64,000 bases of DNA from Terriglobia bacterium. Lineage in GTDB: Bacteria; Acidobacteriota; Terriglobia; 20CM-2-55-15. Position 1 is the stretch's first letter, and each line of letters begins with the position of its first letter. The DNA is taken from assembly GCA_965218585.1 (NCBI GenBank), contig CBDCLE010000007.1, forward strand, positions 39,241 to 103,240, in the 5' to 3' direction. Under the pieces are notes generated by a model that made no database searches, was not told the origin of the DNA, and saw only the letters and a program-made list of their open reading frames with translations. The translations under genes were made by a program, and so were the position numbers. Below, piece after piece: positions 17,643 through 28,856 of this stretch.

Positions 17643-20600
17643 ATGAAGCGAGTATTCACTACTCTGTTTTTCGCGACGTTCATTCTGGCGTTGACGTGCA
17701 ATCCAGCCTGGTCGCAGGCTACTGCACAGATCAACGGCACGGTGAGCGATGCGACCGGTGCTGTGTTGCCCGGTGTGGACATCACGGCCACCCAGACGGA
17801 CACAGGCATCGTTCGCTCGGCCGTCACTAACGAGACCGGATCCTACGTGTTGCCGAATCTGGCATTGGGTCCGTATCAGCTCGAGGTGTCGTTGCCGGGC
17901 TTTCAGACCTTTGTCCAAACCGGAATCGTATTGACGGTCAACGACAATCCGGTGATCAACGCGGCCCTGCAAGTGGGCCAGGTGGCGCAGACGATCGAAG
18001 TTCAGGCCACCGCGGCGCTGGTCGAGACCCGCTCGGTCGGGATCGGCACTTTAATAGAAAATGAGCGCATTCTGGAGCTTCCGCTCAACGGCCGCAACGT
18101 GGCTGAGTTGATCGAGCTGTCCGGAGGCGCCGTCGAAACCAGGGACCAGGACAGCAGCCGTTATTTCGGCGGGACGCCCATCGTCGTCGTCGGCGGGGGT
18201 CTGGGCGTCAGCACGGATGTCACGCTGGACGGCGCGGTCCATACCGATCGATTTACCCAGGGCGGCTTTCCACTGCCGTTTCCGGATGCGCTGCAGGAGT
18301 TCCGCGTGGAGACCAGCGGCCTCTCTGCAGAGAACCGGACCTCGGCGTCGGTCGGAGCCGTGACCAAGTCGGGGACCAACGAGGTCCACGGCAACGCGTT
18401 CTGGTTCGTACGGAACGACCTGTTTAACGCGCGGCCCTATTTTTCTCCGACAGAAAGCACGCTCAAGCGCAACCAGTTCGGGGGCACCGTCGGCGGGCCG
18501 ATCGTGCAAAACAAAGTGTTTTTCTTTGCTGGTTATCAGCGGACGACATTGCGCTCGGACCCGGGTACCCGGCGCGCGTTCACGCCGACCGCCGCCATGC
18601 GGAGCGGGGACTTCACAGCTTTTGCTTCACCGGCCTGTGGTCGTAATAATTTGAGCTGGGCACCCAATGGCGTCGAGCTCTTCAACAACAACGTCATCGA
18701 TCCGGCGAACTTCTCTTCCATCTCGAATGCCATCCTGGCCGACGTTCCGGTCTCGGCCGATCCATGTGGGGAGGTTTTCTTTGGCATCATCAACGCTCGG
18801 GATGACGCCCAGGCCATCGGGCGGGTCGATTGGCAGGCCAGTGACAACCACTCCATCTTCGGGCGGTTGATGTGGGCCACCACCGACATCGCGCCAGGTT
18901 ACATACAGGGCAACCTGCTGACCGCGAACCAGGCGTCGCGAGACAACTTCTTCCAGGCCTATACGCTGGGTTCGACGTATCTGATCGGGGCCAACACGGT
19001 CCAGTCGGCCCGGTTGGTGGTCAATCGAGTCTCGGTCAAGCGCCTGGGCCAGGACACGGGTTTTGACCCGACACGGCTTGGAATTAATGTCAACCATTAC
19101 ATTCCCTACCTTCAGATGAGCATCTCGGACGGCTTCACTTCGGCCGGTCCTGTGGCCCTGGATGGCCAGACCCATACGACCGAGTTCCAGTTGACCGAGG
19201 ATCTGAGCATGATCCGGGGCGACCACCAGATATCGGTTGGCGGGACCGTCGTCCACGGCCGGTCGAACACGTATTCGAACGTCCGTTCCTCCTCCGACTA
19301 CAATTTTGATGGCGGGAACACCGGCGAGGGTTTGGCTGACTTCATGGTCGGAGCCCTAGGTCGTCTCCGTGTGAGTGCCCCGAACCGGTTCTTCCGGAAG
19401 AAAACGCTTCTCGGAATCTACGGGACCGATTCGTGGAGAGTGACGCCGAATGTGACTCTCAACTATGGTCTGCGCTGGGAGCCGGACATGCCCATGACCG
19501 ATGTTCAGGACATCGGTATTTTCAATTTCGATATCGACCGGTTCCGTCAGGGCATCGGGTCCAACACCTACCCCCTGGCCCCGGCCGGCTATGCGGCGCC
19601 CGGGGATCCGGGTTTCCCCGGTAACACGGGACGGCACGCACAGTGGGGGCAGCTCTCACCCCGCTTCGGACTGGCATGGGACGTGAGGGGAGACGGGCGC
19701 ACCTCGATCCGGGTGTCCGGCTCGATGACCAAGGAATCCATGCCGCTGCAGTTTGCGGCCGGGATTGCCGCCACGGCGCCTCCCTGGGCGGCGGGTGTGG
19801 CGATCACGGATCCGGTCGGCGGGTTCGCCGATCCCTACCTGGGCTTCCCCGGGGGCGATCCGTTCCCGATCGGCGACTTGACGACGGTCGCCTTTCCGCG
19901 AGGCACCGAGATTGTCAGCGTTCCCTACGATTTCCCCAACCCGACCGTCTACGGATGGAACGCCGCCGTCCAGCAGCAGATCGGGCAGGACTGGATGGTG
20001 TCGGGAAGCTACATCGGCACGCAGCTGATCCACCTGTGGATCCAGGGACCGGGCAATCGCGGCATTTACTTCCCCGGCACGGCGAACGCCAGCGGGGAGT
20101 GCACGGCCCAGGGCTTTACCCTGACCGGCCTCAGCGCGGGCGCCACCTGCTCCACATCGCGCAACACCTTCGACCGCCGCGTCTTGAGCCTGATTGATTC
20201 CTCGAAAGCAGTTTTCGGAGCCGTCGGGGCTATGGACGCCGGGGGCACACAGTCCTATCACGGACTGGTCCTCTCCCTCCAGCGTCGGGCCGCCACGGGC
20301 GTGACGGTCAACATGAACTACACCTGGTCGCATTGCATCACGGACGATATTCGGGGCGGTGACGGGGTTGGAAATCCGTTCCCGGGCACCACCTATACTC
20401 ATTTCAACGACCGGAACGCCGACCGCGGCAATTGCCTGGCGGACCGCCGGCACATTGTCAATCTGACTTCAGTGGCCCGGACTCCCGAATTTGAAAACCC
20501 CACGACGCGCAAGGTCCTATCGGGCTGGCAGTTGTCGGGGATCTTCAGAATATCCTCCGGGCAACCCCTGGACATCCAGAATAACTCGGGGCCTTCGGGC

Positions 20601-20972
20601 GACAGGGCGCTGGCCGACCAAGATAGTCAGCGGCCGAACCAGATCCTCAGCAACGTGTACGGGTCCGATGGCGGCCCGGGCACAAACTTCCTCAATCAGG
20701 CTGCGTTCGCTCCCCAGGCGATCGGTACACTCGGTGACGTGGGCAAAAACAGTGTCCGGGGGCTCAAGAACTGGGCCTTGGACCTGTCGCTTTCGAGAAC
20801 GTTCGACTTCGCCGAGTCTCAGTCGCTGGAGTTCCGGGCCGAGGCCTATAACATCACCAACAGCTTCCGGGCGAACAATCCCGAGAGACGCATTCTCAGG
20901 AGCACTTTCGGCCGGATCCGCAGTGCTCAGGATTCGCGGATCCTGCAGTTCGCGCTCAAGTACGCCTTCTAG
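17643..20972 (+). CDS. Oar-type TonB-dependent transporter with an N-terminal carboxypeptidase-regulatory-like domain
   Basis: GTVSDATGAVLPG, LPLNGRN, DALQEFRV, TKSGTN..HG, NQFGG, YGLRWE and C-terminal LQFALKYAF; AGGAGG RBS. Confidence 0.93.
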   Translation: MKRVFTTLFFATFILALTCNPAWSQATAQINGTVSDATGAVLPGVDITATQTDTGIVRSAVTNETGSYVLPNLALGPYQLEVSLPGFQTFVQTGIVLTVNDNPVINAALQVGQVAQTIEVQATAALVETRSVGIGTLIENERILELPLNGRNVAELIELSGGAVETRDQDSSRYFGGTPIVVVGGGLGVSTDVTLDGAVHTDRFTQGGFPLPFPDALQEFRVETSGLSAENRTSASVGAVTKSGTNEVHGNAFWFVRNDLFNARPYFSPTESTLKRNQFGGTVGGPIVQNKVFFFAGYQRTTLRSDPGTRRAFTPTAAMRSGDFTAFASPACGRNNLSWAPNGVELFNNNVIDPANFSSISNAILADVPVSADPCGEVFFGIINARDDAQAIGRVDWQASDNHSIFGRLMWATTDIAPGYIQGNLLTANQASRDNFFQAYTLGSTYLIGANTVQSARLVVNRVSVKRLGQDTGFDPTRLGINVNHYIPYLQMSISDGFTSAGPVALDGQTHTTEFQLTEDLSMIRGDHQISVGGTVVHGRSNTYSNVRSSSDYNFDGGNTGEGLADFMVGALGRLRVSAPNRFFRKKTLLGIYGTDSWRVTPNVTLNYGLRWEPDMPMTDVQDIGIFNFDIDRFRQGIGSNTYPLAPAGYAAPGDPGFPGNTGRHAQWGQLSPRFGLAWDVRGDGRTSIRVSGSMTKESMPLQFAAGIAATAPPWAAGVAITDPVGGFADPYLGFPGGDPFPIGDLTTVAFPRGTEIVSVPYDFPNPTVYGWNAAVQQQIGQDWMVSGSYIGTQLIHLWIQGPGNRGIYFPGTANASGECTAQGFTLTGLSAGATCSTSRNTFDRRVLSLIDSSKAVFGAVGAMDAGGTQSYHGLVLSLQRRAATGVTVNMNYTWSHCITDDIRGGDGVGNPFPGTTYTHFNDRNADRGNCLADRRHIVNLTSVARTPEFENPTTRKVLSGWQLSGIFRISSGQPLDIQNNSGPSGDRALADQDSQRPNQILSNVYGSDGGPGTNFLNQAAFAPQAIGTLGDVGKNSVRGLKNWALDLSLSRTFDFAESQSLEFRAEAYNITNSFRANNPERRILRSTFGRIRSAQDSRILQFALKYAF

Positions 20973-20991
20973 GCGGACGTTTCTTTCAGTC

Positions 20992-21021
20992 TCGGCGGGT
21001 GGGGTTTCCCTCACCCGCCGA
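20992..21021 (+). terminator. Putative terminator hairpin after the transporter gene
   Basis: CGGCGGGTG..CACCCGCCG stem directly after the stop codon. Confidence 0.55.
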
Positions 21022-21033
21022 ATACGGCTTTAC

Positions 21034-21076
21034 TTTTCAAGGTTGAGGAAACTCCCAGTCTCCTCAACCTTGAAAA
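21034..21076. repeat. 16-bp perfect AT-rich inverted repeat
   Basis: TTTTCAAGGTTGAGGA-N11-TCCTCAACCTTGAAAA. Confidence 0.7.
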
Positions 21077-21344
21077 CGTTCTAGCCCGCTTTTTTCGCGG
21101 TTGTCGTCACGAAGTGTCGGAGACGCCGTCAGGACAAGGTGCGCGAGGGAGGCGTACTTTACAGTACGTCGAAGAGCCCGACCACCAAACGCAGTAATGA
21201 GCGGATGTATACCCCACTGCAGCAGACCATTGGTGAGAAATGCGGGCCAGTGTTTTACAGTGACAGCCAGAAACGGTCTGAAATCCCAAGACCGGAGTCC
21301 GGACCCAACCTACGATATGACAGCCGCGTGTAATCCGTGAGGTT

Positions 21345-22170
21345 ATGGATATGGTATTGCGTCAAGCAGTGACGATTGCATCGGGCCGTACAACGTTTAA
21401 AGTGGCCATCACGAGTTCTCTCGTGATGGTTGTTTTGATGGTTGGCGCCCCGAACCTGGCGGCCCAGTCGCCGGCCGAACTGGGTGAGCTGCCAGATGTC
21501 AGTGGGACCTGGCGGATCGTAAGCCGGAGCAAGCCGCCCGCGTGTGCTCCCGGGTTCGTAATCGAAGAAGACGAGCGGCAGCTGCCGCGCTACGGCTGCA
21601 GGTTGGACTGGTCCGACCACATCAACGCCAGGACCCGGGCGTGGTTCCGATTCCATGACGAACCGGTAGAAGGCAAGTTCTACTGTGTGCCCGAATCCAT
21701 CCCCAGCACTCTGGCGCGTGTCCAGCCAGTACGAATAACCCGGCGAGGCGACAGAGTGGTTATAGAGTCTGAGGGGAGCATGGCATACAACGTTATTCGC
21801 ACTGTCTGGACAGACGGCCGTCCCCATCCGCCGCCGGGCGACGTCGCCTACTACGGACATTCGATCGGCCGTTATGAAGGCGATGCATTGATCGTCGAGA
21901 CGCAAAACTTCACGTTTGATCCCAACGGAATGGGACTATCAGGGGCAGGTTCCCTCGTCTTGGGCAAAGCGCCTCACCGAGCGTTATTCCCTCGTCGGGC
22001 CGGACCACCTGCGGATGGAGCTGACTGTAGAAGACCCCGTGTTTCTGACGCGGCCCTATACCGAAACCTTTGAATACGAACGGACGGACCAGGAGGTCCG
22101 GCGGATTAACGACTGCGATCCCGGTAGCCGCCGCCGCTCCGCTCGGGATGCTTCCGCCCAAGTATCGTGA
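21345..22170 (+). CDS. Exported Cys-pair hypothetical protein (frameshift near 21930)
   Basis: PDVSGTW, YCVP, DGRPHP and GHSIGRYEGDAL in one frame; VPSS, EDPVFLTRP and NDC in frame 21916..22170. Confidence 0.72.
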
Positions 22171-22266
22171 TGATTAGTCTACGGTAGTTGGAGTGGGAGC
22201 GAACGTAGATCACGATAGGAATGGGGGAGAGACGAATAGGGTTCACACCGACCAGAGGAGGCTCTT

Positions 22267-23466
22267 ATGCTAGGTTCACGCGTACTGGGTTGTGCGGTTA
22301 TTTTAGGCTCACTGTGTTTGTTTGCGGCCGGCCAGAGTGAAGACCCGATCGTGTTGGAGCGCTCGGGTGCAAGCTGCTTCGATGATCCGAATTGTATCAA
22401 TCGTCTGCATCCGGCGATTCCCATGGCCGCCAGCGCCGAATCCGGTCAGCAGATCGTCTTCAAGACACGCAACCCAGGCATAACTGGGGGTCCACCGCGC
22501 AGCATCTTCCACGCACTGTCCGGGCCGGTGGAAATCATCGGTGCCGAAGCGGGGGATACGATTGCGATTACGATCGTCAGTGTGGTGCCCTTTGGCGACG
22601 GTGGGACGTCCATTACCACCGGTGGTCTCCTCGCGGATCAGTTTCCGGACGGAGGGAGTGTACGCTGGAACCTCGGGACGGACTATGCGACCTCGGACGA
22701 CATCCCCAACGTACGCATTCCCAACAGGGGATTTCCCGGCGTCATCACTGTCTTGCCCGGACTGGATCAGATCGAGGAATATCTTGATCGTGAGTTCGCG
22801 GGTGCAGCCCTCGGGGGACGCAGCCATTTGCCGGAACCCATCAATGCCGTACCTGCTGATATCTGCGGTCCCGACAGCCCCGTCAGAGACGAATGCATAC
22901 GGACCGGACCCCCCCGTGAACACGGTGGCAATATGGATATCCAGTACCACAGTGCCGGTACAACCGTATATCTTCCTTGCTACATAGATGGATGTGGCCT
23001 TGCCATCGGTGACGTGCACTATGCCCAGGGTGACGGCGAAGTTGCGGGGACAGCCGTCGAGATGAACGCGGATGTGACTGTGGAAGTCGAGGTGTTGGCC
23101 GATAGCAAGGCGATGACACACGGCCCTCATTTTGAAGGGTCGGTCGAGGTCTTGGCTCCGGCGACCGGACGTTTTTATGCGACCATCGGTCTGCCCTTTA
23201 AGGAAGAGGGTGAGGTCCCGTTGCACTTGGAGTACTTACAGTCACCGGTGGCCGCGGACCTGGCCTATTTGTCTGATGACCTGTTCCTGGCGGCGCGGAA
23301 CGCACTGATGGAAATGATCGAATATATGACCGAGAATCACGGCTTGACGCGTGAACAGGCTTATATTGTGGCGAGCGCTGCCGTGGATCTGAGGATCGGT
23401 CAGATTGTGGATGCCGGGCACATCAATGTAACCGCGATCCTGCCCCTCGACATTTTTATCGAATAG
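22267..23466 (+). CDS. Acetamidase/formamidase (FmdA/AmdA) family protein with a signal peptide
   Basis: HALSGPV, PPREHGGNMD, GDVHYAQGDGEV and EQAY..S..VDL motifs. Confidence 0.9.
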   Translation: MLGSRVLGCAVILGSLCLFAAGQSEDPIVLERSGASCFDDPNCINRLHPAIPMAASAESGQQIVFKTRNPGITGGPPRSIFHALSGPVEIIGAEAGDTIAITIVSVVPFGDGGTSITTGGLLADQFPDGGSVRWNLGTDYATSDDIPNVRIPNRGFPGVITVLPGLDQIEEYLDREFAGAALGGRSHLPEPINAVPADICGPDSPVRDECIRTGPPREHGGNMDIQYHSAGTTVYLPCYIDGCGLAIGDVHYAQGDGEVAGTAVEMNADVTVEVEVLADSKAMTHGPHFEGSVEVLAPATGRFYATIGLPFKEEGEVPLHLEYLQSPVAADLAYLSDDLFLAARNALMEMIEYMTENHGLTREQAYIVASAAVDLRIGQIVDAGHINVTAILPLDIFIE

Positions 23467-23481
23467 ACGTTTTTCCCGGAA

Positions 23482-24973
23482 CTAGTGCAGTCGGTCTGGG
23501 AAAGGCAGACCGACTGCACGTTTCACTTCCGCCAGCTCCTGGGCTGCACCTTCCGGTGGGTTCGTCAAGAGGCTGACGACTACAGTAGCTGCGAACCCGG
23601 CCAGAAATCCTGGGATCATTTCATAGAGGTCGTACGTCATCGACTTCAGCGACACCACCCACACCATTGCGGCGACAAATCCGGCAACCATTCCGGCAAC
23701 GGCCCCTGCCTTCGTCGTCCGCTTCCAGAACAGAGCACACAATATGACCGGCGTGAACGCCGACGCCAGGCCCGCCCAGGCGAAGAGAACAAAATAGAAA
23801 ATGACCCGGACTTCGCCCAGAGCGAAACCGACGGCCAGAAGACCGATCACGACAGTTGTGACCTTGCCGATCGTCGATATCTGGACGGGGGTCAGCCGGG
23901 GTCTGTAGATCCTTCTGGATGATGTCCCGGGCGATTACTGATGAAGCAAGCAGGACCAGCGAATCAACAGTGGACATCGAGGCCGCCAGGACGATGACGA
24001 GGAAGATGCCGGTGAAAACGGCAGGGAAGAGCTCCGTCGTCATGACGGGCAGAATCGTCTCGGGGTCGGCGAGTCCGGGGAAAACAGCCCGGCCCGCCAT
24101 TCCAGCGAAAACCGCACCGAGGTCGAAGACAATCACCGCGATCACGGCGATCAGCCCCCCATCGACGATGTCTCGCTGGCTCCGGGCAGACATGAAACGC
24201 ACCAGGAGTTGGGGCGCTCCCAGGAAAGCAAAGCCGATTGCGACGAAACTGATCACGCTGATGACGCCCGGGAGAGTCAGACCGAACGTGCCCATCGGTG
24301 CAAGAAGCGCGGGATCCTCGGCGCGAAGTACGGTCATCGTCTCGCTCCACCCGCCGGCTGCCCCCAGACCCACGAACGGGAGGACCAGCAGACCCAGAAA
24401 CATCAGGACGCCCTGCAGAAGGTCGCTATAAGCGACCGCCTGGAGGCCGCCCACAGCGGTATAGAACAAGATAATCGCGGCTGCGATGAGAATTCCGGTG
24501 ACTCTCTCGAAGTTCAGAAAAGAGTTGAACGCAGTACCCAGGGCGTTGAATTGAGCGGCCGTGTAGGCCGTCACCATACTGAAGATGATGATCAGGCTGA
24601 CCCATCTGAAAATGTGGGTTGTATCTTTGAATCTGGATTCAAGGAAATCGGGGACCGTGACCGAGTCATACCGGTCTGTGTATTCCTTGAAACGGGATGC
24701 CACCCACACCCACCCGAGTGTCACTCCCAGGACTTCTCCAAAGACGATCCACAGTGCATGGATCCCTATCGCATAGCCCATGCCAGTCAGTCCCAGCAGA
24801 AGCCATGCGCTTTCCCCTGTGGCGTTTGTGGAGAACGCGATCACCCAGGAAGGAAGTCGCTTACCGGCGACATAGTATCCCGCAACGTCTCGCGAGGCGC
24901 GCCGGCTCCAGAGACCGATGCCCAACAGCGCGAACCCGTAAACGAGGAGAACAATTGCGATCGGAGCGGGCAT
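23482..24973 (-). CDS. Sodium:solute symporter, PutP-like (frameshift near 23900)
   Basis: ATGESAW, YTAVGG..AVAYSD..QG, PQLLVRFM and AASMSTVDS; C-terminus FAWAGL..YEMIPGF in the next frame. Confidence 0.85.
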
Positions 24974-25086
24974 CTATTTTCGCCCCCCGCGGGTTTTTTG
25001 TGACCGGAAGAATGCGAGTTCTATTCCGAGTCCGATTCCCACGGCAGCGAAAAGCAGCAGCCATGCACCTATCGATAACCCTGCGA

Positions 25087-26404
25087 TCACCGACTAGCGC
25101 TCACGGCATCACATGCCCGGCTGATTCGATCGATGCCATCCTCGATCTGGTCGGCGCTCACCAGCATCGAGGGGGCGAGGCGAACAACTTGCCCATGCAG
25201 GCCTGATAATCCGATCAATAGTCCTTGCTCTCGGGTAGCCTCGAGAAACTTCCCGGCAAGGGCCGGGTCGGGAGTCTTGCTGACCGGATCCGTGACTATT
25301 TCCATGCCTAACATGAGGCCGAGACCGCGAACCTCACCGATCCACTCGTGCCTGTCCATCAGAGCATCGAGGCCGGCCCTGAGCTGCGCCCCCCTTTCCC
25401 TCGAGCGTTGTGGGACATTTTCACGGACCATCACCTCGTTCGTAGCGATGGCCGCTGCCATGGCGATCGGGTTCCCTCCAAAAGTCGAAATGGTCTTGCT
25501 TTCCCAGGCGTCTGCGATCTCCGGTTTAGCGATAGTCGCCCCCACGGGCATTCCGTTTGCGACGGTCTTCGCCATCACCATGATGTCGGGTTCCACGCCC
25601 CAGTGCGAGATGCCGAACCAGTGATCTCCCGTGCGGCCGAAGCCGGTCTGGACTTCGTCAGAGATGAACAACCCTCCGTAGGACCGGATGATTTCTGCGG
25701 CCCGTTGGAAATATCCGGGTGGCGGCACGATGAATCCACCGATTCCCTGAACCGTCTCGGCGAAAAACGCAGCTGGTTTTCCGTTTGTCGTAGTCAGGAT
25801 TGCGTCTTCAAGATCCTCGCCGAACCGGTCGACGCATTCCTCGTCGCAGGGCGACTTGAAGGGGCAGCGATACGGGTAAGGTGACATGACGTGTTTGATC
25901 CCGGGCATCGAGGAGGGGAGAGGGCGCCACCCATGATGCCCGGTCATGTTCGTCGTCAACGTACTGCGTCCCGAGTACCCGAGGCGGAGCGCTATGATTT
26001 CACTTCGACCCGTATACAGGCACGCCAGCATGACCGCGGTCTCCACGGCTTCCGTGCCGCTGTTTGTGAAGAACGTCTTCTTCAGGTCGCCGGGGGCGAT
26101 ATTCGCAAGGCGACGGGCCATCTCGACCTGATTTTCGGTAAGGTACAGCGTTGAGGTGTGCCCTAACCTGCCGAGCTGTTCGCGCACACGCTCGACGACT
26201 TCACCGTGACAATGACCAATCCCTGTAGTCAAAATCCCTGCGAAGAAGTCGAGATACTCCCGGCCCTCGGAATCCACTACTTCGCACCCGCGGCCTTCAA
26301 CCAGGACAATCGGCTCCTCGTAATATGGCGGGGGCGCAAGGAAAGAGGAATTCATCGCGACCGGCTTTGACCTCCGCTGTAGGTGTAGTTTTAGTGACTT
26401 TCAT
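25087..26404 (-). CDS. Class III PLP aminotransferase (beta-alanine/omega-amino acid type)
   Basis: YLDFFAG, NSGTEA, DEVQTGFGRTG, MAK and TFGGNP; true start is probably ATG 26404 with a frameshift near 26330. Confidence 0.9.
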
Positions 26405-26432
26405 ATCTTGTCCTCTTGAGTCGGCTCGGAAC

Positions 26433-27884
26433 TCACCACTTCGAGATCACGACGCGTTTGTCAGTATAGAACTCAATCGCGTCCCGACCCTGGGCCTTGA
26501 GATCGCCATAAAACGAACCTTTGGACCCGCCGAAGGGGAAAAAGGCCATGGGAGCGACGACTCCGATGTTGACGCCGATCATACTGATACCCGCCCGATA
26601 CCGAAACTCCCTGGCGGTTCTCCCGCTCGCGGTGAAGATTGAAGTGGCATTGCCATAATGGTTTTCGTGGAGAATGGCCAGGGCATCGTCCAGGCTTGCC
26701 ACGTGGCTGAGGCCGGCAACCGGCCCGAAGATCTCCTCCTTGCCAATGACCATGCCGGGTTTCACATTTTCAAAAACTGTGGGACCGACCCAATGGCCCG
26801 ATGGGTGAGACGACACCGCCCGGTTCCGTCCATCAAGGACCAGTTCGCTTCCCTCCTCCACTCCGCGATCGATGAACGTCCGGACCCGGTCCCGATGCCG
26901 TGCGGAAATCAACGGGCCCATATCGCTATCGTCCTCCAGGCCATCACCGAGTTTCAACGATGCGGCGCCGTCCAGAATGCGCTCGCGCATCGGCTGGTAC
27001 GCTTCCCCGACTCCAACGACCACGCTTCCTGCAAGACAGCGCTGCCCGGACGAGGCGTACACTGACGAAAGAACCGCCCCTGCGGTCTGGTCAAAGTCCG
27101 CATCGGGAAAAACGACAATGTGATTCTTTGCGCCCCCCAGGGCCTGCACGCGTTTTCCCTCTGCCGCCGCCGTTGCATAAATGCTCCTGGCGATGGGGCT
27201 CGATCCGACGAAGGAAACGCCGACGATGTCCGGGTGAGCAATCAGAGCGTCCACTACCGCCCGGTCGCCATGCACGACGTTGAGTACGCCGGGAGGTAAC
27301 CCGGCTCGAGCGGCCAGATCAACGATCTGCTGATGCGTGAGTGGGTCCTGTTCGCTTGGTTTGAGTACGACGGTGTTTCCGGTGGCCACAGCGTAAGGCC
27401 AGAACCAAAGGGGGATCATGACGGGAAAGTTGTACGGCGTAATCGCCGCGAAAACTCCGAGCGGTTGACGAATCGTTTCGCAGTCTATCCCGGCCGCGAT
27501 ATCCTCCAGTGTCGTCCCCTGCATCAACGTTGGAATGCCGCAGGCATGCTCCACGTTCTCGATGCCTCTGCGGATTTCGCCCCTGGACTCGGAGACTATT
27601 TTCCCGTGCTCGAGCGTCAGGTTTCGAGCCAGGCCTTCGAGATTTTCTTCCAGCAACATCTTGAGCCGAAACAGAACGCGGGCTCGGTCCACCGGCGGTG
27701 TTTCGCGCCATCCCGGAAACGCTCGCTTGGCGGCTTCGACGGCCCCGCCGACCTCGTCTGAACCGCTGAGCGGAACGCGTGCAATCGTCTCTGTTGTGAG
27801 GGGATTCTCGACCGGGAGAGTGTCCACGCCAGATGCGTCGACCCACTTTCCTGAAATGAAATTCGGTATGGGTGTTTCCGTCAT
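26433..27884 (-). CDS. mmsA: CoA-acylating (methyl)malonate-semialdehyde dehydrogenase
   Basis: ITPYNFP, KPSE, SFVGSS, KRVQALGGAKNH, GQRCLA, EEIFGPV and GVNIGV..P..FFPFGG. Confidence 0.9.
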   Translation of the reverse strand: MTETPIPNFISGKWVDASGVDTLPVENPLTTETIARVPLSGSDEVGGAVEAAKRAFPGWRETPPVDRARVLFRLKMLLEENLEGLARNLTLEHGKIVSESRGEIRRGIENVEHACGIPTLMQGTTLEDIAAGIDCETIRQPLGVFAAITPYNFPVMIPLWFWPYAVATGNTVVLKPSEQDPLTHQQIVDLAARAGLPPGVLNVVHGDRAVVDALIAHPDIVGVSFVGSSPIARSIYATAAAEGKRVQALGGAKNHIVVFPDADFDQTAGAVLSSVYASSGQRCLAGSVVVGVGEAYQPMRERILDGAASLKLGDGLEDDSDMGPLISARHRDRVRTFIDRGVEEGSELVLDGRNRAVSSHPSGHWVGPTVFENVKPGMVIGKEEIFGPVAGLSHVASLDDALAILHENHYGNATSIFTASGRTAREFRYRAGISMIGVNIGVVAPMAFFPFGGSKGSFYGDLKAQGRDAIEFYTDKRVVISKW

Positions 27885-28079
27885 TTCCGATCTCCGAGGA
27901 TGATGCCCTCGTCCGCAGGGTAGGAGGCGCCCGCGGTCGTCACTGTCTGGAGAGTGACGTGGATCATTATAGGTGGGCTGGGGGCCTGAGAGAGCAGGAT
28001 TGGCCCCACAGCGGGTGGCCGAGTTGCGTCCAACAAGCGTGCGCCGGTGAGAAGTCTCTTTACGGGTACGACCTTGCGA

Positions 28080-28856
28080 TCAATACGCCGTGCACGGCTC
28101 AGGATTCCAGCCCGAATCGTCGGCCTCGCGTTTGTAATCCGTAGTCGTCACAAACGGAACGGCCAGATATACCGGATCCTCGACGAAGGTGGTAATGGTG
28201 AACCATTCAGTACCATCGACCGCGGTAAAAGTATCGAAGTATTCGGTTACGGTCGTCTGGTCGCTATACGGAACACCGTTCTTGCGCAGGTACCCCGCCA
28301 GCAGATTCGAAGTCTCCACTATCAAAGTTTTGCTTTGAGTACCGATTCGGGGTTCGGTGCCTGCGCCGTTGAGACCGAAAGGAGGCGGACCCACACCCGA
28401 ATCCCACTGCGCAGCCGAATGGCCCTGGCGACTTGCTTCTCCCGGCTCTCCAGGATTGAACTGGAGCAAACGCGTCTGCATGCCGTAGTCTTTTTCAATC
28501 TTGAGCGTGTTGTCGTCTTCCCAGCTGACCTGAATCCGGCCCGGCATTCGCATCAGTCCCGGCGCACCGTATGCGATACATGCAAGTCCGGCGGCCTCAT
28601 CTCGTGCCGGATCCCAGTTGTCGACGCTGTCACGGCCGATGGAGCGAAGAGGGATGCTGTGTGCGTCGCCTCTGAGTGGCGTGACCATCCGCCAACGCCA
28701 GTCCTCCATGATGGGAGAGACCCAATTACCGGTGAGATCGGTCGGGGCCGCCTCGCGCGGGGAGTCCTGCGCCTGGGCCGTCGGAGCAAAAGCCAACGAT
28801 ACAAGCAACGATAAAAACAGTGTTGCGGTCAAAAAGTCAGTCCTTGAGGTCGTCAT
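28080..28856 (-). CDS. Exported Cys-pair hypothetical protein, subfamily B
   Basis: DLTGNWVS..EDWRWRM, CIAYGA, QGHSAAQW, NGVPYS, EDPVYL and PEPC; start overlaps the MBL stop (ATGA). Confidence 0.8.
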   Translation of the reverse strand: MTTSRTDFLTATLFLSLLVSLAFAPTAQAQDSPREAAPTDLTGNWVSPIMEDWRWRMVTPLRGDAHSIPLRSIGRDSVDNWDPARDEAAGLACIAYGAPGLMRMPGRIQVSWEDDNTLKIEKDYGMQTRLLQFNPGEPGEASRQGHSAAQWDSGVGPPPFGLNGAGTEPRIGTQSKTLIVETSNLLAGYLRKNGVPYSDQTTVTEYFDTFTAVDGTEWFTITTFVEDPVYLAVPFVTTTDYKREADDSGWNPEPCTAY

